DNA of 64,000 bases from Lingula anatina. Taxonomy: Eukaryota; Animalia; Brachiopoda. A program made the position numbers and the translations under genes. Location of the stretch: positions 28,644,001 through 28,708,000 of the forward strand of contig CM120642.1 of assembly GCA_051362555.1 (NCBI GenBank), in the 5' to 3' direction. The notes beneath the pieces were generated by a model. The model saw only the letters and a program-made list of their open reading frames with translations, was not told the DNA's origin and did no database searches. Position 1 is the first letter of the stretch. Every line of letters begins with the position of its first letter. Positions 37,101-49,983 of the stretch are shown piece by piece.

Positions 37101-37455
37101 AGGGATAACAACTCTTCATGTACATTTGAGATTCATAATTCCACGATAAATAAACTTTAAAAGACAGATGGAAATAAAATAAATTCCATTTTACCACCGG
37201 CGACTATTGCAATTATTCTAAGATCTGTTTACCGTCAGAGGTGGACCTTCATAGATGGATAACCTCTGTAATAATCTATTAATCTTTTAAGAGATTATTA
37301 CAAAAACACACAGTTTGCACTTACTTTAAATGTCGGGACGGATTCGTTAACCCTAGGTATATGTAGGGCCCTACAAAGGTGGGAACATCGTCGTTTACCC
37401 CTGGAAAATCTGTTTTATGCCACTTTCCCCAATAAAATGAAAAGCTGTTATCTAT
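37101..37455. mobile_element. Inverted, diverged copy B of the TTAA element
   Basis: agggataacaactcttc, ctattgcaattatt, gtggaccttcatagatgg and aatgtcgggacggattc are reverse complements of segments of copy A. Confidence 0.65.
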
Positions 37456-37551
37456 TTAACCTTACGCGTTTATACAATTTTGGAAATTTCTAACTTTACT
37501 TTCAATGAGTTATTTTTGTGTTTCGTTTTATATCATCCGGAGGCACTAAAA

Positions 37552-37719
37552 CAGAGGCGGATCCAGAGTTATTTTCTGACAGTCTTCCAAATTATATTTG
37601 TTGATCCATCCTCCATTTTTGACCGTCTTCCGACAGAAAAAATTAGACACCCGTCAATGTAAACTTGAAAATCTGACCATCTTCCGGAAGACCCAGAAGA
37701 CGCCCTAAATCCGCCCCTG
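37552..37719. mobile_element. CAGGGGCGGAT-type element, uninterrupted copy (6-bp TSD ctaaaa)
   Basis: cagaggcggatccag...atccgcccctg flanked by ctaaaa. Confidence 0.85.
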
Positions 37720-37929
37720 CTAAAACACTGTTGTATGCACTCGTCTGTCGCACGTCAATCATTATTCATGACTCGTTACGTGTAATAAGTCTGCGGTATT
37801 ATCAATGAACTTGATAGCCAGTTTTTAATATACTATGGCCATTCTTCGGCGCACTTTGTGCAGTCAGAGTTATCAGCAGTGTTTTGCATGGACAATTTTG
37901 TGGTAGCCGTAGATCCAGTAGGGCGATAA

Positions 37930-39912
37930 ATGGCAGCTCGTTCGTCACTGCCATGGACGCGGCTTATCTTGACAGACCAACCCCGCCACCTGTTGAGGTG
38001 GGTGTTTTGATTTATGTCCTACCCATAGTGTGTCGCCCGTAAGATATATTACCTGACTTTTGAACATTTTAATACCAAAGGGCCGTTTGGGAATTGGGTA
38101 GGGGTGATGGATACTCAACATCTCTCCTACATTTTCTATTTTTTTTCATCAAAGATACACACTCGCAGTTGCGTTGAGAATGATCAACAGGGGCGTAGAA
38201 GTTAATATGAAGCTAAAACTTAGCGTTCATGGAGGAAAAGGAACACAGGAAATAAGATAAAAGTTATTAGATCTAGGAGAAATTAAGCTGACAGGCCCTG
38301 TCTCAGGATTCGAATGTTGTCCTCGTCTCCCTGCTTGATTTAAAAGACGCTTTCAAATATATCAATATACAAACAGTTATCGCACAAAGCTTACTGAAAT
38401 GAATATTGACAAAATATAAAGCTTCGGTCACGATATATAATGTTTGCACAAGATTTGGTAGGCAGGATTAAGAAGGCGTTAACAAGGTCGACTTAAAGTA
38501 GACATTCTTCAGATCATTTACAAAAGGTGCATATCACAAGACACAGGGTCCAGAGCTGAGAATGAACGATAAAGGTAGGATGATTCAGCTACGAGTAGGG
38601 TCATCTCACAAAAAAGTGGCCATTTTAGTCATGTCAATGACACACACATTTTGTGAAATATTTACATGTCTGTTTTTATCGCTTTTAAATTACTGTTGAT
38701 TATTCTTTATATTGGAGGGTGCTATAGTATAAAACGGCGAAAATTATGGGTCAAGTAAAACTTATGCAAATATTACCCAAAAATGTTGCCATTGACATGT
38801 CTCAAACGTTCACTTTTTGCATGTGGAATAAACCGATATAGTTAATTCCATATACGTAGTTTCACAGAAAATTGACTTTTGGTGCTGATTAAAAAAACCC
38901 ACTGAATTGCCTATTGGATTTGTAAATATTTGAAATTTCACTTAGTTTATATATCGTTTTAAAGCATAAAGACAGAAAGGCGCGACTCCTTTCTTCTGTA
39001 AAGATTTGGGCAATCCCACAGAGGAATTTAAAACGAGCAAAACAGTAGAAGAACACTTTGTTTTGTTGACCTTTTATTCTAAACCAAAAAGAACACGTAA
39101 CGCGCAGTTCTAAGTCACAGTTGTCACAGTTGGACATAGCAAGTGCTGTGGCACTGAAACATGGGAGTTAAAATACGTATATACTGTGACACTGGAGTGC
39201 AAAGTGCTCATCCTTTGGAAGGATGGTCGAAAGCGAGGCCTGAACATCAACATTGTCCAAGGGAACGGAACAGTACGACTCTCTCTCTCTCTCTCTCTCT
39301 TTGGTGTCATACGATACGACTTAAAATGCCAGTTTGAGCGTCCTTTTCCCTGCTCCGTCCCATATTTTCCTTTGCGTGTTGATTCTTGTGTTTTTAATTT
39401 AGTTGGTTTAGGAACAGCAGCCTTAACGACTATTAGGCCAAAACATAAATAGCGTGGGTTTGCTGAAAGGCGAGACTGTCTCCACCATTCATCTCCTGTG
39501 TACTTTATTTACCCAACTTTCAAGAGGTTCGTGTCATCGCGTGTCATTTATCCAGGTACAAGCATGAGCAAACACACGCTTTTACTTAATGCTACCGGGC
39601 ACAGTGACACAGAAGTGTCAAGGTTTTATTTACAGCATGTGTCTGCGCGGCGACATGATTACAGGGCGGGGGTGCAAAACAATTGGAGGATTCTGGCTGA
39701 AATAATGATAGACCTGGAGACTGTTTGTACTACAGATTGTCATTATCAGAATTTATTACGATTGTAAAAAAATACGCTCTATCACGATTCAATGCGTGTT
39801 AATTATTATTTTTATAATCACTTTGAAAGATACCGATTTTTTTATTTCTTTTCGGAACACATAATACAGCCGCGGAATAACATCTCCAAGCAAGGAGATT
39901 ACACACACACAT

Positions 39913-39943
<31 letters not shown>

Positions 39944-41165
39944 CACACACACGCACATTTGTCTCCTTAGAAAACAACATCCCGTTAAGTGTCTTTAGGA
40001 TGCGCCTTAATCTCAATCCTGACATTTCAGAGCTGCAAGCGTTTCAAGAGTCCTGTCTCCGTGCACACAATGCCTACAGAAGTGACCACGGGTGTCCGGA
40101 GTTGACCTGGTCAGTTGACCTGGCCAAACAAGCACAGGAGTGGGCGGACAGGGTGGCAGAGAAAAAATATCTCCAGTACAGCGAAAACCCGAGTAAGCGC
40201 CCTTGTTATAATATATTTAAAATCTTACATCACGGGAAATAAAATAAATTAGACTGTGCCTAGAAATTTATAACAGCCGGTGTGACAGGAATGGTTGTCC
40301 GCTAATAACCGTAGGCTGCTCCCCATTACTCTGTTCAGGTGGCATTCGCCCCATATACAAATACTAACCCCAATAATCTGACTTACCCTAATATCATAAG
40401 GAACCCTGGATTTTCATATTTAGGCCTACCGGCAAGGACCGACCATGATTATAGTCATTATAGGCTAGGGGTATTGGCAGTTTGGACTTATAATTAAAAT
40501 CAATCCATTTCGGCGATTTCCTTGTTTCAGATGTGGGGGAAAGCATATCCCTAGTGGATTCTGAGGACCAGCTGACTGGAGAGGCTGTAACAGAACACTG
40601 GTACGCAGAAGGATACGGATATGAATATAAAAACCCAAGGTGGAGAAAAGGTAGCATTGCTCACTTAATAATGCGTGTGCATCATAGCGTGTGCGCATGT
40701 CTGAAAACTGGTATATGTTTGTGGGCGAGTTTGTGCGTGTGCGTGTTATAGGTCTATGCTCGCGCACGCGCGTGTGAAAGAGAGAGAGAGAGGGATGGAG
40801 GGGAAGGGAGAAAGTATGATTATACAGTATACGATTAAATATTTTACAGTCGCCTATAATATGTTTTGTGTAAAAATAAATTTGACTATTAAATGTTATA
40901 CAGTAACTAATAACTACCATTTTAGAATTTAATGAAGGAGAGAAAGGCATAAACTTTTATCCATTTTCCAGATAGCAAGCGGTTCAGTCAGTTAATATGG
41001 CGGAACAGTCACGAGGTTGGAGTGGGCGTGGCACATATTCCAGGAACAGGAAAGCATGTGGTGGTGGCTAATTACAAACCTCCTGGCAACGGAAACTTTC
41101 CCGGAGAATATAGGAAAAATGTTCCGCCGCCGCTACATGCTAAAGATATCCCCATTGAAGACTGA
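37930..41165 (+). CDS. GAPR-1/GLIPR2-like CAP (SCP) domain protein, 201 aa; join(37930-37997,38513-38574,40031-40192,40531-40650,40972-41165)
   Basis: CLRAHNAYRSDHGCPELTWS..LAKQAQEWAD, VGESI, WYAE..GYEY.NP, FSQLIWRNSHEVGVG and VVVANYKPPGN...GEYRKNVPPP. All five exons join in frame (606 nt). Exons 1-2 are inferred from splice sites and phase. Confidence 0.88.
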
Positions 41166-41781
41166 AGTATAAGATGTGTTAGCCTTTTGTTAGGAATTTC
41201 TTACCTGGTTTCTAGAACGCCAGTCTAGTTTCGCATAATGCAGTGAACAAGAAACCTGCAAAGAAAAAAAAACAAATTGAACAAATGAACAAACTGTCTA
41301 ATAGATGCGTTTTATCGAACTGTTTAGAGAGAGTTTCAAGGAAAAACATTTATTATATGTTCTTGTCGGTATCATAAATCATGCAATATTACTTAAATAG
41401 CTATTTGATACAAAAGGTTTTGTGGTTTTGTGCAGAATGTTTATATGAAATGGATTATGAGCAACAGTTATTTTTTATTTTAAATATGTACATCTGAACC
41501 TATTTCCAGGGACATTAAAATGCTATGTCCAGCTCTTGCAATGTACAGAGCATTTCCGTTACGTTATTTTTATTACCCTGGACAGCTGTGCCATGATAAA
41601 TGTGACTGTGCAATGCACTGGAAAAAACTATGCTTAGCTGTAGCACAGTCAATGTACTTTTAGAAAACGTAAAGATCGTGACAGCTGCAGGACACTTAGT
41701 AAATACTGGTTTTTAGGAATTTCCGCGTTTGAGGTTAAATGGTTGACCGTGTCCAGGCAGTGCCCCTGTACTGCTGATGTT

Positions 41782-41820
41782 TATAAACGGTATGCGCACC
41801 GTGAAATTGTTCTAGTCGGT
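41782..41820 (+). promoter_or_regulatory. Candidate TATA box + initiator of the FG-GAP/metallopeptidase gene
   Basis: TATAAA at 41782-41787, ~30 nt upstream of tctagtc (Inr-like) and ~65 nt before ATG 41848. Confidence 0.45.
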
Positions 41821-41847
41821 TCGCAGGAGAATATAATAATGATAAAA

Positions 41848-44800
41848 ATGAAGACTAGCACTGCTTGGTGGAGCTACCTGATATATCTGAGCTTACAACT
41901 TGGACAGGGATTTTGCAGGTATTAATTTTTCATCTTCATAAAAATGTGGAAATTTAATGTCGCTTAAAGAGTGTGTATATGGTTTACAAGTTGTTGAGCA
42001 CAATATTCTACTTAATAGTCGCAGTGTTGGTTAGGACGGGATGGAAAGCGAGCGAACAAGAAAGCGAGAAAGACGAAAGCAGTGAATTATATAAAAGAAC
42101 GCTCGAAGTGGCTTCTCGTGTTCATGATTTTTACTTGTAAAAGAAATAAAATTAAGCGACATTTTACTACATCTTTTGTCGGATCTAAGTTGCAGATAAC
42201 AGACATTTATTGAATTTTTTTTTCGTAGCTGATAACTGGCACCATAGTACGGGTAGGGCCTGTAGAAGTAAATTAAATTTTTGTTAAACAGCTCTTGAAT
42301 ATTACATGAAATTTATTCTTTTCATATAGTCTGTAAAATTATCCTGTACTACAAATGTTTATAGAGTACATTACATTGTACGACAAGTCAGAGCAGAGCA
42401 GGGCGTCAGCCGTTCTCTCTCACTACATTATATTGGAAAGGAAATTACAGGCGATGTATATCATTAACTCTTATTTAATAAATTACAGCAGCTCGTTTTG
42501 GGTAATGTAAAAAACTTCCACTGCCAGTTGGGAGCTTTTTTTAAGGACTCGGAAAATACGAGTACGTAGGCCTATAACTCTAAAGCTGTTATACCATTCC
42601 GTTTATTTTAAGTATCCCATGTATTATTTCCCAACAATTTTTGTGAATTACATGATTATTGTCTTTTAAAGAATTATTTACACAATAAAAAACGTAAACC
42701 TTTTTTTTTTCAAGGATGTCATCAATGAGTTACATTTAATATCCTCATCTCCGAGTATTCAATTAGAATCGTCCAAAAATCAATTCGCAGAAATTGGAGG
42801 AGAGTAGAATCAGAAATGACTGAAGACTAGCAAAAGCTTTGCGGTAACGAATTCAAGCTGACGAAATTTATTCGCGGATATTTTTCTGTTTTTTACATGT
42901 ATCTCCTCCGGTCTGTAGAATTTCAATCTATTACGCAACAGTGCCAATTCATCCTGTTTTGCGTGTTTCCTTTGTATCAATTTAAAGTCGCTGTAAGACG
43001 ACATTTCCAACGAAAAAAATTTTGACATTAAACGTGAAAGGTCCTCCCCCCCCCCCCGTGAAAAGTCCCCCCCCCCCCCCCCCCCCCGACGCAGAATCTC
43101 GCACGTTTTCCAGTTGCGTATGACGTCACTCAGTGCCGACAGCCTCGTTCTAGGCCATCTCGGGTGATTTTCATTGCGACCTTGGCAGATTGGCATGCTG
43201 TATGGATTTGGATAGCCACTGGGACATAATATACATATAGTGACATGTGAGGACGTATCAGAAATTTTGCACATTTTTCCTATCACGACTGTCAACCCTA
43301 CCCTGTGACCCCAGAGTTTGCTAGTAGTCTGCATTACAATAATGTTCAATGGCTCACAGTGTACTTTCGTATACTATTTTAGGAGCCACTGATATCAGTG
43401 AATCCAATACCTAAACACCTAATTAACGTTGTTTCAGTCACTGTCTCCCTGCCCCTGCTCCAAACCGAAGTACATTTGACCCAGCTAGTTTTACAATGGT
43501 CAAAGACGACGGCGGGCAGACAGTGGTGCTAGGCCCCAGGGGGGAGACGTGGGCTGTGGCCACAGATTTTGATGACGACTGTGACACGGACATCTTGGCT
43601 GGTAATGGGGGACATGTGTATCTGCTGGAAAATAAAGGAGACGCAGAAAAGGTACGTGAAAGGTATAAACAGCGATTACGGTCTACAGAAACAAATACCT
43701 GAAGTAGGTGCTTTTTTTCTCTTCACCTCTTGTCACGTTTAATAGTTAGGTGTTTCCTCAAAATTCAATTATGCGTAGCAGAACATTTCTGAATTTGAAA
43801 AAAAAGAGAACCTTTATTCAATTATAAACTTAATTTATTCAGTGTATCTGAGCCAAATTGCACATTAAATACGTTGGGCGTTCGCAATATTTTTTTATTT
43901 TTTTTATTAAGGGTCAGTTTGCAGCTCCTCGGAAATTGACCAAAGCAGATGGAACCACAATTAACATGGGGTATTGGAGTGGCGCTCCAGCATACAAAGA
44001 CATGAACGGAGACGGTCTGAAAGATCTGCTCCTCTCCGAGTGGGATGGTGCCCTCACCCCCCTGTCTCTCTTCATCAACGTCGGAACTTCAACAGAACCC
44101 GCTTTTGCTGAACCACGCGTGCTGCTCAGGACGTTGGGCGGTAGCGGAATCAGGTTTGACGTGGCGGATTGGGACGGGGACGGGTTGAATGACGTCATAG
44201 TGGGACCGAATAAACAGCCGTTTGCTTATTATCCCAACGAGGGGACGGCAGCATCTCCTAGAATCAAAGAGTTGCCTGTCCTTATCCAGAAGCATTATAG
44301 CACGATAAGGGCTCACTTCCCCCGCGTAGTGGATTGGAGCGGCGAAGGCGATCTTAAAATTCTCTACAGTGGTTATTTCGCTAGCAGCGGCGTGAATCTT
44401 CTCACTGTTGACACTGTCACGAAGACAGAGACTGATCTCCGCCTTTTGGACAGGAGCGCAGATATTCAGGACAAAGTGGGTTACAGGCTTTCCGCCGACA
44501 TTGCCGATTTTAACGGAGATGGGATTGCCGATATAGTTATATCCGGGAAATCTGGAAAACTCGTCATATTTTGGGGTAAAGACATGAACAAGGTTACGCA
44601 GCAGTACATTGGTGCGCTGGACGCCATTTTAACCCAGTACAGCACCAACCTGGGGGAGGCGATGGAGTCCAGTGATGAAGTGTGCGACGACCTCCAGGTC
44701 ATCCAGGACGCTCTCCTGAAAATTGCTAACCATCCAACTCACATAACATTCAAAGAAAACTTCTTCGCTAGACTCGCAGCTCTCGTCAACAAACATCCCC

Positions 44801-45945
44801 AATATCTGAAGAGGCAGCGTTTTTCATCGCCTTACCTGACTTATTTTTCTTTTTACACCTGGATCATCATGCTGGAGGGAAGAGACGACACGAGAGAAAA
44901 TCGACTGGAGTTGGCTGAAGTCACTAATCAGACAGGTTATGTAAAGGACGTTCTTGTTGAGAGGGGAGTAGTGTTTCTGGACAATGATCAATCTTCGGAA
45001 CTGGCCCTTCGCCTTTTGAGAGACTATACACTGTCTTTGCGTCCGGAATATTTCTCAGTAGAGCGCATTAGAAGTAAGCAATGCGCGGCAGACATAGACT
45101 GGGCCAGATATACCTACAAGGAGATGAGAAAGGGTGGCCTCAGCATATTCTGCAGTGGGGAGGCCAGTTCGACGAAAAAAGCAATGCTTCCTGGCTGCAA
45201 GGTATGTCACAAACACGGCAACCCAAATGGGAACTCTTTTGTTTCCGTGATCGCTCACGAGATTGGCCATAACTTTGTCGAAACTGCTCGCCTGCGTTCA
45301 AGAAAGTTCAGTTTGATACGTCGAGCTCTGCAGAGAAATCCTGACATTTTCTGGCAGAATGACGATCGTTATGACGAGACGAAAACAAAGACCCATTTCA
45401 CGAATCGAGGCTGGTACGATGCAAGCACTGATGACTGGAGCACGGTAATACAGAATTATTTCAAAGGAAAATACGTACCAGAGGCTGCCGAAACACAATA
45501 TCAGATCATCACCAACTCCAATCCTGGTTACGTTGGCCTCACCAACACCAAGGAGTTCTTTGCCTCCCTGGCCCAGTGTTTCTCCATTGACGCCAAGATG
45601 CTGATGGACATTGCCATAGAACGTTTCCTTGGTTTACCATCGTACAAAGAGTCCATCAACCAAATCCTGTACTTGATTGAGTATTACTCCCTCGGTGGGG
45701 GCACGTCGCGTTTCTGGATGCATACCCAAACAGGGCGCGTCTATTTTTACGATGTGATTCTAGAGAGAAACGCCCAGGGCCACATCGTCGGCGTTATTGT
45801 CCCCAAAGATGTCGCCAGGAAAGTTGACGACCCTGGTGAGGCATATTTGGTGGATTTGCCAACGCCACATATATATGTATTCAAGGTTGATGGCGAGGGG
45901 TATGTGACCGCTATTGTGGACCACCCGTCATATATTAATCTATAG
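41848..45945 (+). CDS. Secreted FG-GAP/VCBS-repeat protein with a C-terminal HExxH zinc-metallopeptidase-like domain, ~772 aa; join(41848-41918,43438-43651,43912-45945)
   Basis: Signal-peptide-like exon MKTSTAWWSYLIYLSLQLGQGFC; introns are GT-AG, phase 2 and phase 0. Repeats: DFDDDCDTDILAG, DMNGDGLKDLLL, DWDGDGLNDVIVG, DWSGEGDLKIL, DFNGDGIADIVISG. Catalytic-type motifs VIAHEIGH and YVGLTNTKEFFAS. Confidence 0.85.
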
Positions 45946-47029
45946 AATATTACTATGAGAATATACAATAGGTTTGTCTATTTATTTTATAAAATATACG
46001 GACAGGAGACAAGCTTCAGCTGAACCACTTGAGTGGGATTTTCCTTTGAAAATCAAATTAGAATTTTGTTAGCTTAATTTAAATGTGCTTTAAAAACATT
46101 GTCTTGAGGGGTTTCGATATTTAAGGATTTTCGTGGTCTGTTGAGATAATTTATAATAATTATAATAATAATAATGTTTATTGAAACATTGCAACCAAAA
46201 AGGTTGAAGTTGTACAGATAAATGAGTTCGAATAAAAATGATAAATAAAATGTTTACATCAAATAAAAGATTTACATTAAGTCAAATTAGGTTCGCAATG
46301 AACACAGTCCTCTAAAAGTTAGTTATAGAAAAAGGGATTAAAGTGTTATGATAAACGTAGTCATGTTCTGATATAATGATGTTACATCAAATGTACATCG
46401 TGGTGAATATAATAATTCGATCTGATGGCAAAACAGCAGTGCTTTTGTGAGGAGAAAACTGTTATTTTGATTTCACACGGATCTTTGGGACATCGATTAT
46501 ACGCACAACTTTGAGCGAGTGGAAACACCCGTTACCAGCGTATTGAAATTAAGTTAAAAACAGCATATGGAATTGTTTTTTTAACATGCTCAAAGCAATT
46601 AATCTCCTTCCTTCTGCGAACTCGAGACGTACACGACGTAAGTCTATCGAACCGCGTATGTCTGCGTATGGGCAATTTTTCTTATACGTTAGTGCTATAC
46701 GCTAGGCGTGACAGTGCTTCAACAGGCAATATATTTGTGGAATGACCTATGTTTGAATATAAATCGATCAACGACTAGTTGAGAAAAATATTGTTACGTG
46801 CTCCTCAGCAAAGAAACCATGGAATGAGAGAAAATTATACCTATTGTCGATCGCTAAGCCTTAATTATACTATTATATAGAAATTGGCCGAGTAGTAAAT
46901 TTTGTCACAGCTACGATTATTGTCACATGTGGCAGCTCGTATCTGAGAATTTTAACATTAAAATGGAAGCAATGCACTTTACTGGTTTTAAAAACATTAT
47001 AAAACTAATAAAATTGTTCGGAAACCAAT

Positions 47030-47422
47030 CGAAGTCACAGTCTTTCCAGCCTTGAAAAAAAAGGGCTGATAAAGTGACCATATTTCAGAAGTCTGGGGGA
47101 ATACTGTTTATTCCTACCAGAGGCCAAACCATGTACAAATACATGTATTACAGTAGACAAGGCACTGGCAGCAGTATGCAAGGTCGCAGAAGATAATCAT
47201 CAAAAGAGATTGCAGATGGAACTCCAAAACGCTTCATGTCATTATGGAATTGCGTTTTTGGACTACGGGTTTTGAATTGATCGCTGCAGGGATATTACGA
47301 AAATACTAGTACACTCGAAACAGAGGCAATATCATGGAGTAGTTTTTAGTAAAATTTGTTAAAATGTCATGCATGGTTGATTAGTTATTAGAGTGAGATT
47401 TCTAAGTCGTTGTTTTTTATTT

Positions 47423-47457
<35 letters not shown>

Positions 47458-48156
47458 TTTTATTATTTTTTTTGTCTACCAGACACAGTACAGTTTACTG
47501 TCGTGGTGATGTACGTAAGGGTACACTTTCATAAGAGAAAAATATTAAGATCACATATGGTGATTTTGGCAACTGCGTAAGACAACTAGATAGGGATGAT
47601 ATGTTACTAACAGTGTATACTGTTGGCAACTTCACTCGCACGAACGCACATTCTTATGCGAACACACTTTGAACATTTTTAAAAATATAAAAATACAGCA
47701 GTCAATGTAGTGGAAAAGTCTGGGTGCTTCGCAAAACACAGAAGAAAGGAGGTAAGCGATACTTTCTGAAACGGAATGTAATCGGATGCAGTTCCAGATG
47801 CAGAATTAAAATTAAATCTTGGTGCATTTGTTCCAGGATAAATAAGTATCATTCCATCATAAATTGCCAACAAACATTTCAGAATATATATTTGGTAGGA
47901 AAGAGCCTAATATCTTCATTTATATAGTGTGCTATTGATTTATCATTTTTTCATCGTACACTCACATTGTTAATGAATTTTGTCTATAAATCTAGTGACA
48001 TGTTGAATGACACGAAGAGAAAATTGATAGAGCATACGTACAGCATACTTCCGGTTAAGATTCAGATACCCTTCAGGTGTAATCAACGCCACTTCACTCT
48101 CTGGCAATAGGGAGGAGGAAAAATTGACAGCAATTTTTAGAAATTTCATTAGACAC
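47030..48156. repeat. Dispersed direct duplication, copy 1 (partner 60972-61766)
   Basis: Collinear shared blocks such as tgaccatatttcagaagtctgg, actagtacactcgaaacaga, gaggtaagcgatactttctgaaacg and tgacagcaatttttagaaatttca. Confidence 0.85.
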
Positions 48157-49929
48157 GAGAAGGTAGTGTAAGTAGTAGTAATCAATTTAGTATTTCAACC
48201 AGGTCAAAGTATAAATCGGAGCATTTAAAGTATATTTGAGTATGTTTTATTTTAACCCATATCAGAATACTTCACTGGATCCACATGCATGCATGTATAT
48301 TTGTTCACATACAGATGCAAGTACGCACACGCACACTATCCGGAACCGCGCAAATTTAGCAATGCTTGAAAATTAATAACAGACTCGAAATACGGACACC
48401 GTTGTATACTTTTAGGTTGGATAACTCGTTAATACTACTTTCCAGATTCGTGGTCAAAATATTTCGTGTAAGGAAATCCAACGCCGACAACAATAACCAG
48501 TTTCAATCATTTAAAGTTCACTCGTTGCTAGCTCAAGTACATTCTGACGATATGTGGGGAATCCCGCAAACCATGACAAAGGATTCACACATTGGCACTT
48601 GATGGCAATGTTGTCTCTAATTAATCTACCTGAATCATGCAATATTGGATAAAGATCGAGTATTGAATAGTGAGCCTTTCGCTGTTTTTTTTTTTTTTTT
48701 TTTTTTTTTTTTGTTTTGTTAAAGGGGAATCAGTTTTTACGTCAGAGTATATATGATGATTAGTTCAGTAGACATAAGGAGATCGGGCTAATTTCTCTTG
48801 TCAGTGTTCATGTGGCGCTTTCAAAAACTTGGTTTTACCGGCGTGAAACCGCAGTACCTTTAATCCCCATAGATTGGAAATTATCCTATAATGCAGATAA
48901 GATCACAAGTCACCAGGAGTTCATCTACCTCTGTAAGATATGACATTAACTATTAGGTCATTTATGTACTGCATGCTGCTTGGCGCAAATTGTTTTGAAA
49001 CGGCAAAATGAAAATGATAAAAAAGTCTAAATATGAATAAGAAAAAATAAAACTTAAATATTTTAGTGTAATTGGATTTTAATTATATGGTGTTATTGCT
49101 TGGACCTAAGGACAAACTAAACAAGTTGTTTGCTTAGTCTTAGCTTGAACCCATCTTGAGCAATGTATTATTGCAAGAATCATGTTTGGCAAAAATAGGA
49201 GAAAAAACGGTGAAATGTGCATTAATGTTGAGACACAAGTGAAATAAAAGCAGCTGAAATGATACTTTCAGTCGTTATTTTAAAATACAAGAAAGTGTAA
49301 ATGACACGAAAAAATATTTAATCAAAAGTTAGCAAAGTGACATATTGAACAATAATCAGTTAAGAAATATCCACTATTATACATGTATATGTTATTTGCT
49401 TCAAAAGTCAATAAGATTTGTTCTTCATTTTGTATCGTCAAATTAAGATCTTCAGCAAAATTTTAATCAGTGCACTGAACTCCAAAAACAATGCTGTAGA
49501 CTAAAGAAGCCAATATAATAACACATGTTGATCTATGTTCTTAGCCAGAGGCTCTTCTAGCTGTTCCGAAATTGGACACAAGTCCATGTAGTTTTTAAAT
49601 AAGTACATGTAAATTGGTCTCTGTGCACAGTATCGGTGGTTAAACGATTATTATTCTGGCTCCCTGAGGCTAGTAATCATACTTGATTCAACCATCACAA
49701 ACTAACTAAAAGAGTGGCTCTTGGCACTCTCGTCTCTGGTAGATAGTAGTGCTATTAAGCATCTTTGTTTCACGTAAATGATAAGATTTACGTGAAAAAT
49801 ATTTTTTCACACAGAACCTTAATCAACCCTTGTACTTAAATAAATATCAATTTTAACTTTTACTATTGATACGGTTATCATGGTACAAATAAAATTTCAA
49901 GATATTTTACAAATATATATCACTCAATT

Positions 49930-49983
<54 letters not shown>

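Noticed and set aside
37921-38038. Possible multi-hairpin ncRNA (gggcga/tcgccc, tggcag/ctgcca, ccacc/ggtgg)
   Set aside because: The stems are short, and the region is better explained as CAP-gene exon 1 plus its donor, which splices in frame.
43858-45945. Bacterial contamination, or a stand-alone 695-aa ORF starting at 43858
   Set aside because: The first 18 codons are a polypyrimidine tract and acceptor. In-phase upstream exons and animal flanks favour an integrated spliced gene. Its GC level resembles host exons, so GC is not evidence either way.
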